The notes under the pieces were generated by a model. That model did no database searches, had not been told where the DNA came from, and saw only the letters and a list, made by a program, of their open reading frames with translations. A DNA stretch of 64,000 bases from Catajapyx aquilonaris. Lineage: Eukaryota. Location: assembly GCA_000934665.2 (NCBI GenBank), contig KZ538903.1:1-64000 (forward strand). Reading direction: 5' to 3'. The position numbers and the translations under genes were made by a program. This document shows, piece after piece, positions 37,901 through 50,318 of the stretch (positions are counted from its first letter, which is position 1; every line of letters starts with the position of its first letter).

Positions 37901-39571
37901 GATGGTAAGCTCCCGGCAATTTCAGCTACATATAGGCAATGCTCATTACGTTTCCGCCATTTTGTTCCGTCTGAAAGAAAGATTACAGTCTCTGATACTA
38001 CTGTACAGTATCCAGGCTGTTAAATGGTGGATCAAAATGTGCGGGATAATTTTGGCACATTTGTAATTAGCAGGATCCTCTCTTTCGATAAATTCTGCAT
38101 TTTTAAATATATCCGCACGCGCATTGTAGATTACAATATTTGTTGATCAACAGAGCGCAAAAAAGTGCAACACATCATTTTCATCCGCCTGTCCAGTCCA
38201 ATTCGATCTCAATGGCAGTTAATTCTGCATGCGGGATAACTGATATGCTATTCATTGTAACTTGCACTAGATGCATTCCCATGTTTAATGGTGCAAGAAA
38301 TACGGCCTCTGATACACTGTGCTCATTTCAGTGTGCTATCATGCCTATAGGAAGTGCATACGGAACGTGCCCAAATGGAACTGTCACGCGATACGCTGCA
38401 TTGTGATCGGATTTATCTGATCAAAACTTATCTCCAAGAAATTAAGCACCAATAATGAATCCATATATTATATTCAGCCAAATCAATTATTTTATACCTT
38501 TGATGTCACTCACCAACTCACTGGATATATGATGTTGATTCTAATTGAGTTGCAATAAATACATTAAAATTTGAATATTTTAATCCGAGGTACCGCACGA
38601 TATCAGAGGAAAAACCTTTGTAATAAATTTTTTGTAATCGTCCTTTCAAGACTATAGTAGTCGCTCTCGGCAGTGTTAACTCTATAACTTATGTGGGATA
38701 TTGTATGATACAACCAGCAGTCTCGAAATTATGTACGAATGACTTACACGATTTATTCATCCCTGCAGTGTGGTATGTACACAGATTATACACCCTTGGT
38801 CGCACCTACATTATGATAAAATCGTGCGCGTCAATATTAAATTACCACTGCAATATTCACTTAGGAAGTAAGCACACCACAGGCTTGGAATCGCGGTTTT
38901 CTTAGATTGCCGCTGAGTAAATGTCACGCATTTTGCGTCAAGTCGAATTCCAGCTCAGAAGTTCGGGTGTCGAGTGTCGTTTACAGCTGCTCTTGCGGTC
39001 TTCCATACATGAAGATGCTCCCCAGAGTCTTTACGGCCCATCAAAAGGAGATTGCATTGTGGTTTAGGGTCAATAGTAGACGGAAACACCCGTCCTCGCC
39101 ATTAGAAGCGTTTTCAATCGACATATTTTTCTCCGACGTGCGTTCTCGAGTGCGACTCTGACGACATTCTTTTTTTAAAACCCCCATCCTCCAAACTAGC
39201 CGCCTGGGGTAATGGCAGCTAACTCGGAAGAGATTCTTTACTGCCAGCACGTATATATCGCAGGGCCAGTGTCGGCACTTATGACCCTGCTTAGCACTCT
39301 GTCGCCCTTTTGCTACCCAATTTCCTGCCCTTTCTAAGACCTCTGCTTATTATCATTAGGCAGGAAAAATAGCTGGTGACAGAACAAACTTGTCATCATG
39401 CAAATATCACAGACCATATAAAGCTACATTATATGATAATAGCTCATATATTTTCTGTAGCCTACTAAGCAGTGTAACTCGGCGCAAAGCAATTTGACGT
39501 TGGCCTGACTAATCTAGAAGAACGTCGGATCAGTATTTTCATCAATTAATTTTCACAAGCTAATTCTACCG

Positions 39572-39636
<65 letters not shown>
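39572..39636. repeat. (AAT)n microsatellite, about 21 units
   Basis: Perfect trinucleotide run read directly from the sequence. Confidence 0.98.
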
Positions 39637-42600
39637 TCGCGGGGTAGAGAACAACTATAAGCTCACAGGGGTCTCCATAAGGCTGATGGGGTATAAGTTG
39701 CAGGGAGCTGCAGGCCATTATTATTTGGTTAGCTGCTATCCTCGTCAGCGATTTGATACGTTGTTCGCCAAACCTTTCTGGGTTAGAAACCTGACGCGAG
39801 TTGACGTGCGCGTCATGGGAGTAAAATTGTTATTTTGTGTTTTCGCCACTTCTCTCGGTGCAGTGAGCAGCATCAGGCTGCAACTCTCAGGTGCTAAACT
39901 TTCTCCCCGTCCATTTTAATTTTTTGGCGCATTTTTTTGCGGAGTGAACATGACAACTGGCGCATCATTACGGTAGGGATCCACTTCGCCAACCCGCAAA
40001 AAAAGTTTCTTACGCGCTTCAACGGCGTTTGATCCGGTTTCCGATTCACCAGCAGCCTGTGCCAGGGACATGATCCAATACTTTACAAAGACGATTTGCT
40101 CGCTATAATAATACCAGGATTTAGACCTGCGGTAATAATCGCAACGAGTGTTACCGTGAAATTCAATAAGGGTTGAAGCACATACTGTATTATGCGCAAT
40201 ATTACTGTTGCGGTCAAGATATCAGATTATATTTCTTTTTTTCCAATTATCACTACAGCCATTGGTGGTTTTTCGATTAGGTTTTGCGGGGAGGAAAGGC
40301 TGTGTTGTAGTATATGTATACGAAAAACCACAGTTGGCTTTATTTAAAATTAGACTTGAAAAAACTGGGTGCCTTTCAGGTGAAAGCACCAGGAACTTTT
40401 CAGGATAAAAATGACTGGTGATATAACTTACTGTACCGGTATGTTGCTAACAAAAATTGAAACTATGTATTACCGTACGTCTGCATGTCAGTATGTGATG
40501 TGCAGGCATGCGGTTAGATTACATGGTATCCAATACAACAGGTTCAACACTGGTTGCCAAATTATTATGCTGATGTAGTTGACACAAGCGAATTCTGACA
40601 GTGTGGTTCAGCAATGTATAGGTCAAAATTTCTGACAAACGTATCCTGGATGCAACCAGCAGATAGTCAGCAAGGATTAGATTTTTCCCTCACTATACCT
40701 GACCATATCCTTGATAGATTTCGGCATTTTACAGCTCCACAGCTGCCTGAATACTTAGAATTACTATTTCCAAAACCTCTCATTGCAAGTTATTTGGGCA
40801 CTTTTTTAAACATTTCTAGGCACACTCAGCTTTTCTCGCGGATTATCAGTGTGCCGCAGCACACCCTTTGTGTGCAGTGAAAATAAAAGGAGGTGAAATA
40901 CGAGTACAAAGTACTGTTAACTAACAGTGTTCTATTTCGGAGTTTTTTTAAATATTCAGCGCATGAAGATGCATTACATTTTAAGGCACTTAGTGATAGA
41001 TTTGCCTTGTAAATTTTATAATTACTTCTCCATTTCACGAGCTTTCCATCAGCTGCGAAAAGCCGTCGTTCAACACAATACATCGTTATGCAAAATAAGG
41101 CGATTTCGCAGGCTATAATTGCCGCGTGCATTTTTCCCCACGACATTTTATACACGGATCGTATCATCTGTCATATAAAAGCATTTTTAGCATAAAAGCC
41201 ATTGAGAGACATCCGATTATATCACTAGACCGGGATCACACGTCATATGTTGATTTTCAGATGATACCGTGTGTTTCATAAATGGGAAGTATCTCTGAAT
41301 GCTAGCTTATCAGTTGGCTACTCAACTCAGTAGAGTATACCGGTCTCGGTGGTGTGAAAGAAATGTCATGTGATATTTCCGGTATGTATTTCACAAGTGT
41401 TCCACCGTGTAAGAGATATCTTGCTAACGATTTTTACATTTTCAGGCACCGTTTTCAACCCTCACAGTCAACACATTCTTTTATAACACTATAGATAGAG
41501 GTGTCAGGTTACTCGCTGTAATTAGGCGAAAGGCCAGTCACAATACTGAAAGTTTTGCGGAGGCCAAAGTTACTGTAACATACGTGGCTGAACTGGACGC
41601 GTGTGTTAAATTGCGTGAGAAATCTCATGTCATCCAAGTTAATTGTAAGTCAAGTGAGAATGTTGAACTTGCTCACTTCCAGGTTACTTTCCTAGACACC
41701 TTTAGGGGCAATATCCTGCGGGTTACATTGATTTTGGTGTTGCATTAAATGAAAGCACCTGATCCTTCACATGCTTGTCAACGTTTCTGTAGTATTTCAT
41801 ATCAAAGCAGCCATGTCGGGATCTGAGCCTCATTAAGTCCACTTTCATGTCAGATTTAGCAAATACACTGTCGTATTCACGTGGTAATGTGTATGGACTT
41901 TCAAAGCAAGCTCCTTACTGAACAGTGAGTTTTAGTTTGGCTTTATTCCGTTAATTAAATTCGAAATCGTATTAATTTGAAAAAGCCGAATGATCGCCTG
42001 GCGCAATGTCTTTTTTCATAATTGCACTATAATTCTGCCATTTTAGATCAATGAATTGGCAACATTTCTCAAGTAAGAAACCATGTTTCCAAACATTACA
42101 CGTGTGTTTTACAACCAGGGTGGGTCAAAATGAAAAGTGACCAGTGGACCTTACGAGCGCAGCGGTGCCAACTAATGACAAACTAGCATGCCTGTGACTG
42201 GTCAAGGTCCTATCCACGCACCGACCAACTTTGGTCGCCGTCAGTGACAGGCTACGGCCACATGCCTGCAGTCTCCTGTGCGGAATATCATATGCCCCCC
42301 ATCCACTCCCCACCCCTCCCTGGATGATGCCAGGACACACCCTGTAGAAGTTGTTACTCAACATTTTGTTGCCTGCAATTCGGCCGGATACGAGTCAGAG
42401 ACAGAAGGGCTCAATATAAGCTAATATGTCACAAATCACATTATTAATCAGCAACTCTTCGTCTGTTATTCTATTCACTCTTGTATGCAGTAGACGGGCA
42501 TGGAAGCAACCTTTACATTAGGTCTCATTGACAATCGTGTTAGAAAAGTCTGCCGGATTTCCGCGTTCTCCATAAATAAAATAGGCATGTTTGAAGGGTT

Positions 42601-43785
42601 TTTCGTAACTGCACTACCTGAATGTGCATACTTGACAGTCTCTCGAACTTGGGCTCTTAGTGATTCTCTCCCTGAAAGTTTGAGCACGGCTAGTATTTTC
42701 CTTGACACATCTCTCCTTTGAGAACCAAAAATATTCTCCGACAAAAAAAATGCTTTGGAAATGAACTACACAATCCCAGTCACGCTTAGTGGATGGCCCC
42801 TTTGTAATCCATCTGCTCCGAGACCAAATTTTGGCAGTCATGAGTTGGGGTCTCCTGCTAGTGACGACTGGAATAGGGCAACTTTGAACATGGCGGCGCT
42901 TTGGGGGTCAGGCCGGCACGGAGCAATATCTTTTTACCTTCTGCCGAATAGGGACCAAGTCCCCAAAAAGCAGGCAAGAGGTCCTCTCCATCCCCCCCCC
43001 CCCTTCCATCCCTGCCTCTCTCTTACCCCCATACCTTCTCCCTTCTAGTCTGATTCCCCCACGGGAATGACTCTCTTCAAATCAAAAAGGGATCGGAGGC
43101 CACTCGGCCGCAAATGGAATTGGATGAAAGGAGCCACCCGATTAGTGGGACCCGGGACCACTCTCCCCGGACATTCACCGGAGAGATGAGGAAGGATTTT
43201 GGCTTGTGGAGAGGTGGGTGGGGCCATACGGGCAACGAGATGGGGGTACTCCTTATAAGTTACCGGATTATTCACACCCTCACAAAAGATGGGAACGTAG
43301 CTCTCACCAGGCTGGGAAAGGGACTGGGGGGGGGGGAGGGGGGAGAAAGCTTAGCAATAATTACAATTTGTGATGCGATATGCTGGCATATTTGAATAGG
43401 GGACTTTTCCCAGAATTACGCTGACGTCTGGGTGTGAATATTTTTGTATTGCGGATTTACATATGAAAAATTTCATTACTGTCAACTTGGGCAAGGTGGT
43501 GGTGGCAAGCTGGGCGCAAAGCGGTGATTGCTGCACGGCAGCAAAATTGCGTGGATGCGGATGCTTATGGGATATGGCTCACTGAGGAGGGGCGCGGGGC
43601 GGTGGGATGCTGTTTTCTATCAGCGGCAGTAAAATTTTGCTGCCGCGCAGCGTTCCAGTCCAGATTTATACTACTTTCACAATGTCAAAAGTACTGATAT
43701 GTTTTAAACAAATTATTCAGCGTATAGTTTTCAGCACACAAAATAAAACGGGAATCAGAAACCGCAACATATGCTGTAGGTAGTA

Positions 43786-44066
43786 CAGTGCTGGACATTA
43801 ATTCTGTCATACTGCTAGCGACATTTTCCGATGCGGCAGACGTGCAAATCGAAGTGATAGAGTGCGAGCCGTCGAGTAAGAAATGGTAGCCTTTGGGTGA
43901 CGTCACTGGCTGGGGACAAGCCTTTTCTCCATTGCCCTCCAGGCGGTGACGTCACTTAAGGCGTACCTCTTTTTACTCGCACGGCTCACACTCTATCACT
44001 TCGATTTGCACTTCTGCCGCATAGTAAATGTCGCAAGCAGTATGTCGCGATTAATGTCCAGCACTG
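43786..44066. mobile_element. Fold-back Tc1/mariner-type MITE
   Basis: TA|CAGTGCTGGACATTAAT ... ATTAATGTCCAGCACTG|TA. The arms pair over roughly 120 bp (e.g. gtgcaaatcgaagtgatagagtg / cactctatcacttcgatttgcac), with TGACGTCA on each side of the loop. Confidence 0.92.
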
Positions 44067-44094
44067 TACACAGGTTATAATGACACCTCCATGG

Positions 44095-44228
44095 GGCTGA
44101 GTATCAAACATGATGGATTACTCGCTCCAGTCGCGCATGCGCATTCCTGGCACTGATAGATCCAAATGTGTATGCAAATATCGCATGCACGACTGGAGCC
44201 GGTAATCCATCATGTTTGATACCCAGCC
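44095..44228. mobile_element. Hairpin MITE (possibly PIF/Harbinger-like)
   Basis: GGCTGAGTATCAAACATGATGGATTAC pairs with GTAATCCATCATGTTTGATACCCAGCC, and pairing extends through gctccagtcg/cgactggagc. The TSD is not clear. Confidence 0.8.
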
Positions 44229-44759
44229 ACGGTGTTGTAGGTGTCGACTTGAGCTCTGTTCCACCCTTGTAGGTATATCCTCAAACTCGGGCTTATCCTT
44301 GTTATAAATCTTTAGTTCATTGTTGCCGACAATTAATGACTAGGGCTGGAGGACTGAGGCTATATACCAGCACTGGTGCAACATAATCTTCGGAAATGTA
44401 CCAAGTTCCTTTATGGAGAAAGTAAAATGTTTGGAGCCAGGATCAGTGACAAGCAAACAGGCAGTATACCGTCCTGTAGATTTTAATTAATTTAATTAAT
44501 TGATGTCCGGTATTAATAACAGGTGTTCCACACATCTGTACCAACTCGAAGATTGCAAATAATTACTAACTTATTGGCTTCAAAAATATCATTTTCATAA
44601 TATACCTTACAAACAATGCTTTGCAAATTTTGAAAGGTACGGACTTCTGCATCACTGACTCCTCCCTAAATAGGGGTACAGGTGATAACAAGCTATAGTA
44701 GTAATGACTTGCTTCCTCGTTATCTCACATGATCGCATGCATAAGAATCTGGAGCACTG

Positions 44760-44830
44760 GTCAGATGCATTTGCTGGTAATAAAGGTTTTGATGTATGGT
44801 ACAGTAGAAGGACGGAGAGCCCAGGTTAGG
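44760..44830 (+). mobile_element. Possible very decayed RTE LINE 3'-end remnant
   Basis: The translation ...KVLMYGTVEGRRAQVR resembles the G.VEG.R.RGRP motif at the C-terminus of RTE ORFs. The match is short and degenerate. Confidence 0.28.
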
Positions 44831-44842
44831 TTACGTCATATA

Positions 44843-45775
44843 CATGGGTTGGACAAAATAACGAGGTCTTCTGCAAAAAGCTGGCGAATTTTCTCCATTG
44901 TACTTGAAAACTGGAAAGGTTACAGAGATGGCTTTTACTGATTTTGAAGCTCTGTCGATTTACATTTACACACATGAAGATGACACAAAAATCGCAAGAG
45001 GAGGGGGAGAAACAAAAGGCTAACGACACCCCCCAGGCCCCCCATTTTTGACCAGAGTGCCCCACCCTTTTAATTTGGAAATGAAAATAGTTGCAGATAT
45101 GCACTTTACTGGCGTTTGAATCTCTATCGATGTCACTTTGTTTGGTATAGCGATGGACCAAAATTACCAACAGGAGGCGGGACAAAAATAGAAACTTCAC
45201 CCCCCTTCCCCGGCACTACTTGAATGCTAACAATGGAAAATTTTCGTCCCACTGCTAGTTAATGCTAACTTAGCAGTACCAGTGCCAAATATGGCACTGC
45301 TAAGTGAGTAGTAACTAGCAGTGGGACGGAAATTCGACCCAAACTTACTCGTACTATACACTATTTTGTCCAACCTCTTCTCAGATTTAGTGCCGGGGAA
45401 GGGGGGGGGGGTCGTTTCTGTTTTTTCCTCCACCCACTATCAGTAATTTTGATCCATCTCTATACCAAACAAAGTGTCATCGACAGAGCTTCAAAATCCA
45501 CTAAAGTTCATATCTCTGACTATTTTCATTTTCAAATGAAAAGGGTGGGACACTATGGTCAAAAATGGGGTCTGGGGGGGGGGGGTGTCGTTAGTATTTT
45601 GTTTCTCCCTCTGCTCGTGTGATTTTTGTGTCCTCTTCATGTCTATAAATGTACATCGACAGAGCTTCAAGAATCAGTAAAAGTCATCTCTGTAGCTTTT
45701 CCAGTTTTTGAGTACAATGAAGGAGAAAATTCACCCGCATTTTGCAGGGGCCCCAGTTATTTTGTCCAACTCCTG
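44843..45775. mobile_element. Large fold-back Tc1-like non-autonomous element with ~380-bp inverted arms (44843-45218 and 45388-45775)
   Basis: Ends TA|CATGGGTTGGACAAAATAAC and GTTATTTTGTCCAACTCCTG. The arms are complementary throughout (e.g. cactttgtttggtatag / ctataccaaacaaagtg and ccccttccccggcacta / tagtgccggggaagggg). Confidence 0.9.
45234..45340. mobile_element. Small hairpin MITE in the spacer of the fold-back element; same family as 2328-2446
   Basis: cgtcccactgctagtta pairs with taactagcagtgggacg, and there is an inner stem ttagcagt.cca / tggcactgctaa. It shares a 20-mer with the 2.3-kb copy. Confidence 0.78.
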
Positions 45776-46704
45776 CATGTCATACACATTTGTTAAAATT
45801 TTGTACAAAAGATATCGAACAGAATGATTTCATGTTCCCTATAATGACTACACAAAATAATATGGTGTGGTCTCGACTTTTTTTAAGGGTTTACGAGGTT
45901 TTTTACGATGTTTTACTGATCTTATGGATGTGACGACCGGAAATTCCGAGCTATAAGTTGCAAATGTAATCCTTTTCTCAGACGATCCACAATTTAAATA
46001 GCTTCTGGAAACTGAAAACCACACAATCATTATTGTAACCATAATACGTATATCCTCTGTGATTCGCTATATCCTTTTATGTAAGTTAGTGTAATAACAC
46101 ACTGAATAATTAAGTAGCATATACATGAAATAGTAAATTTTTATGATGTCTTGAAACATTGTAGCGTCTTTCATTTACATGGCCAGTAGGAATAATATTA
46201 TGATCATAGTATTATGAAGCATTTTGTATAGCCAGTGTTTGGCAAAAAGGCCTCCAGTGGCATAATCTGCACTGTAACGCAGCGTAATACTGGAGCAGCC
46301 GGATTAGAAATAATGGGGCACACTAGCATTGTTATTTCATTACATGCTAATTGGATAATGCTTTAGTACTGCTCGAATTATCGGAGTAAAGGAGAAAGTA
46401 TTTGCTGGTGCATTAGTCACAATTTTCTGGCTGCTTGTCAAACCAAGCACATTGGCTTTTGGCTACATTGCTGGTCAGAATTTAAGTTATAGTCTGACAA
46501 CACGATAACGGCATGGATAGAATAAAGTGAGAAGTAGATTTAATTTATTTTGATGCGGTTAACTTCAAGGCCAATAAAGGTGCAGTTCAAACATAATAGT
46601 AATAGCACATGGAGTGAAATGTGACTGTAACCGTCTCTAACATCAAAAAAGAGACAAAAGTCAATCACTAAATTATACGAGAAAAACAGCCAAAAATACA
46701 TGCC

Positions 46705-47059
46705 GGTCAGCAAGATCTGGTTTTTCTCCAGTGGCCGCCAAGGTCTCCCGACCTCACCCCATGTGACTTTTTCCTCTGGGGGTATATGTAAAGGATCAGG
46801 TCTTCGTACCACGGTCTGTGTGAGTTGAAACGCAGGATTGTTGCTGCTGTGGAATCAATCACACCAGACATGCTGGCCTGTGTAGAGAATTGGACTATCA
46901 TGTCGTGTGACGAAAGGTGCTCATATTGAGCACTTGTAGTGTGTGCAATGAAAACTCCCAAATGTGCTCTTTCGTTCTATGTCTGTCTTGTCATTGCACA
47001 CCGCAACTAATAGAAATTAAACAACTTTCAAATGTTGACAATCATTTAGGGACACCCTG
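46705..47059 (+). mobile_element. Truncated, frameshifted Tc1/mariner-superfamily (maT-like) transposon: transposase C-terminus plus right TIR
   Basis: Manual translation from 46732 gives WPPRSPDLTPCDFFLWGY, then after a frameshift VKDQVFVP...ELKRRIVAAVESITPDML...ELDY...VTKGAHIEHL* (stop 46937-46939). WPPRSPDL.P.DF.LWG is the third catalytic motif of maT/mariner-type transposases. The element ends ...GGGACACCCTG|TA. Confidence 0.92.
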
Positions 47060-47654
47060 TATTACTTGTAGAAAATAATCATGTCCCATTTTTCAATCTT
47101 GCACAGTTAGATCTACTGAATTTTAGTAAGGGGACGTGTCCCAAATTGGTAGATCCCAATGTCTAAACTAGGAATTTATTAAAATTTAGGATCCAAATGT
47201 CTACTTTCATTTTAAATAATATGACAGTATGTTACAGCCCCTAAACTGCTCGAAAATAACTAATAATGAACAGCTCAGTACCAAAACACTACAACTAAAC
47301 GAGATACTGGATTTGGAACGTCCCGCATAATAACTTAGTTACAGGGAAAGGATCAGGGTATGATACAAATCAGGGTATCATGGTAAAACAAGGGAGACGT
47401 GGCAGATGTCATCATGTGGTTTCGTTGGTACGCCAGTTCATGGCCCTATATACCTGTGTGGCGATAATATATCCTGAGCAACATAATTATCGGGGACATT
47501 TCACGTCATCCATCGGGCTGGATTGGTGCCTGAAAAAACTCACAAAATAATTATGCATTCAGCTTCCCCTGGGTCAAAAATTATCGTGAACACGTATAAC
47601 GCCGTACGTTCTAAAAACGACGCATCTCACAGAGATCAGTATACATAGACTATC

Positions 47655-47658
<4 letters not shown>

Positions 47659-47686
<28 letters not shown>
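47659..47686. repeat. (AG)14 microsatellite
   Basis: Perfect dinucleotide run. Confidence 0.97.
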
Positions 47687-47689
<3 letters not shown>

Positions 47690-50306
47690 ATGGCAAAGAG
47701 CAATACTAATCTGCCCTCAAAAAGTGCCGTATAGCTTAAAAACTTTCGTCAGTTACATAATGTCTAGACCTCCCGTAGTTTCCTAAATTAGTTTCGAAAA
47801 AAGTGAGTTAAGCGTGGCTAAAAAGTAGTTTCTCTTCCCCTTGTTATTCCGTCTAAGCTCCCAGCGGTGAACCAAGGCGACACAGAACAGGCAGCAGGTT
47901 CCAGATCGAAATCCCAGTCTCCTGATCGCGTCTTTTTCCATCCTGACAAAGGTACACTGTGGAAAAGCGAAAGTCCCCTCAGGCGTATCACTCTATTCCG
48001 GTCATAATCACTTATTAATCAGCTGAGCTCATTAGCGGTTGTTATCGTTAAGTGCCTACGGCCTGTTATTGTTATGAATGTATGCGCAGAGCAGAGCGAT
48101 TTTCTGGGAGGGGGGCGGGGGGAGAGAGAAAGCGAGCTATGACAAAGTGTAGACGCCAGGTTGCGAATAGCCATCTCAGGGGAAATTACTAACTAACAGA
48201 AATTTCATCACGGGGATCCATAAGGGAACAATGGATGACGGAAGGGCCGGACTGGAAACTCCGGGGCAAGGCCCGGAGTAAAAGCAGAACGACACGGGGA
48301 GAGGGCCAGAACAGCTTGGAATTAGGACTGAAAATGTACAAACGGTACTCTCCCCCTCCCCCATGCCCCTTTTCTGTCCGATTACATTTCCGCCCAAGAT
48401 GTGCGAATTTTCCTGCCAAATTCGGATGTAATGTAGTGCGCGCCCGGACTATACCGATGCTCTTATCCACTTACAGGGGTTATCGATGTTGGAAAAATGT
48501 TACCCTTTTCAAGTGCGCGGAGGTAAAATTTAGCTGCCGCTAGAGTGAATTGGACGTAAATGACGAGTCATGTAGTTTCAGTTTAATACCAACCGTGCGC
48601 TGAATTTTTGAGTCGCTTGACTGTACTTGTGGGCAACTTAGCTCTTAGCAATTATTAAACTGCCGAGTAATAAAATAATAAACATGCGTAACTACGTCCA
48701 ACTTTGGGGCAAGTAAGCATAGGTTACGCCTCAGTTATGCCAGGTGTATCAATTATTCACTCGAGATTTAAGCAGTATAAATGACAGGCGCCAAAAAAAA
48801 CCAGACCAGGCAAATATCCTCTTATGCAGAATGGAAATAAGCCTTATGCTGCATTAGCTACTCAAATGTAATTGCATAGGCATGAAATGGCAACGCGATC
48901 AAATCCGCGCCTTTTGCCATTCATGAATTGGACTACGGACGGCCGACCTAAAATGAGAAACAGAATTTGCGCCTTCAATTATCTCGCGACAAAAGGCGTT
49001 ATGGAAATATTGTGAAGCAATTCATGCTGCAAAAGGTATTATCATTATTATGCACAGTACATGCTTCATCACACAAAAACAGTTTGTCAAAAAGTCACTT
49101 CCGGTGGATTTGGTGTACAGTATACAATTTTATAAACATTATTCCATCATCACTGAAGTGATTTAGTCTGCGTCAGTCGATGTGTTTTTTATTCGCTTTG
49201 AGTAATTTATACAAATGAAATTAAAAGTCCAGTTGCAAAAGGCCATATGAACAGGGAAGGAAATTGACATTTTAAAATTACGTGGTGACATTTTTTGAAT
49301 TTCCTTGTGATAAAAAGCCCTCTGGTTTCCCTAGATGTAAAGATGTTTGACAACAAAAAAAGTCATTTCAAAACACTGATGCGAGTTAGGCTCCGTAAAA
49401 CCTTTCACGTATATTATAGACTACATGTAAGTAGTGCAGTTCCAACCAAACGCAAACTCCTTGAACCAAGTGAATACTATGCACTAACCAATCAAATAAA
49501 ATATATTGAAGTAATGGATGCAAAATTTCATCCAGTTTGCTTAAATAGGCTAATAACGGCAGTGCGAATATATAGATTAATTATCATAAAACTATCATCC
49601 CTTAATAGCCGGTGAATAGCTGCACTTTGGCGGAAATGAACTAACGCTCAGAAAACCCTTTGGAGCACGGAGTGGAACCCATCCCAACTCATCTTTACAT
49701 GGAAAATACTTCCGGGGGATCCGGGGACCACCGAGATGGGAGGCTGGAGCCTTAATCTTTCGGCCACTATGCTCCGCGGCGCATGCCATTGAATACCCCT
49801 TCAGTGTAATCACTGCAATGTTGCGATATTTTCACACTGTTGCGCCCCCCACCATTTCCTTCGCACCCTTCCTCTTCAAAGAATAACAAACTCAGGAGAT
49901 GGTCCAACTTTTTCCTCCGGCCTGTAGATCTGGACACTGTACTTATTCCCCTCCTAGAACGCTTTCACCGGAAGGAAAAGGAGTTGAAATGAGCCAGGAG
50001 GTGAATTTCTGTCACCCAGTGCGCTAGCAGTGGCAACGAGGCCCAGGGGACCATTTTCTAACTCGGCAGCCATGGACGAAGTGCTTGTCCAGCAAGCTCT
50101 TCTCTCTCCTCCTCCTCCCAGCTCCATCTTTGACAATGTCCGCCCATTTGGCCAAACTTCTTCCCTCCGCAATTTCTTAGCTGCAATTCGCCAGATCCCA
50201 CCGCTCGAAAGGAAAAAAGAAAAAAGAAAAAAAACGGAATGCCACGGCGGATCCATAGGCCTTTCCATAGTTGGCAACAGTGATTTTTTGGGGGAGGGGG
50301 GGGGGG

Positions 50307-50318
50307 NNNNNNNNNNNN
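50307..50318. other. Assembly gap within a G-tract (other gaps at 23205-23212 and 27830-28084)
   Basis: Run of N flanked by poly-G. Confidence 0.99.

Noticed and set aside
41496..41704. Possible MITE with ends TAGAGGTGTCAGG and CCTAGACACCTTTA
   Set aside because: The inverted match is short and imperfect, and there is no TSD.
19800..42900. Scattered YY1/Pho-like motifs (GCCATTTTG at about 26903 and 37956, AACATGGCGGC at about 42887) as a Polycomb response element
   Set aside because: The motifs are dispersed over more than 20 kb and are not clustered with GAGA sites; this is compatible with chance.
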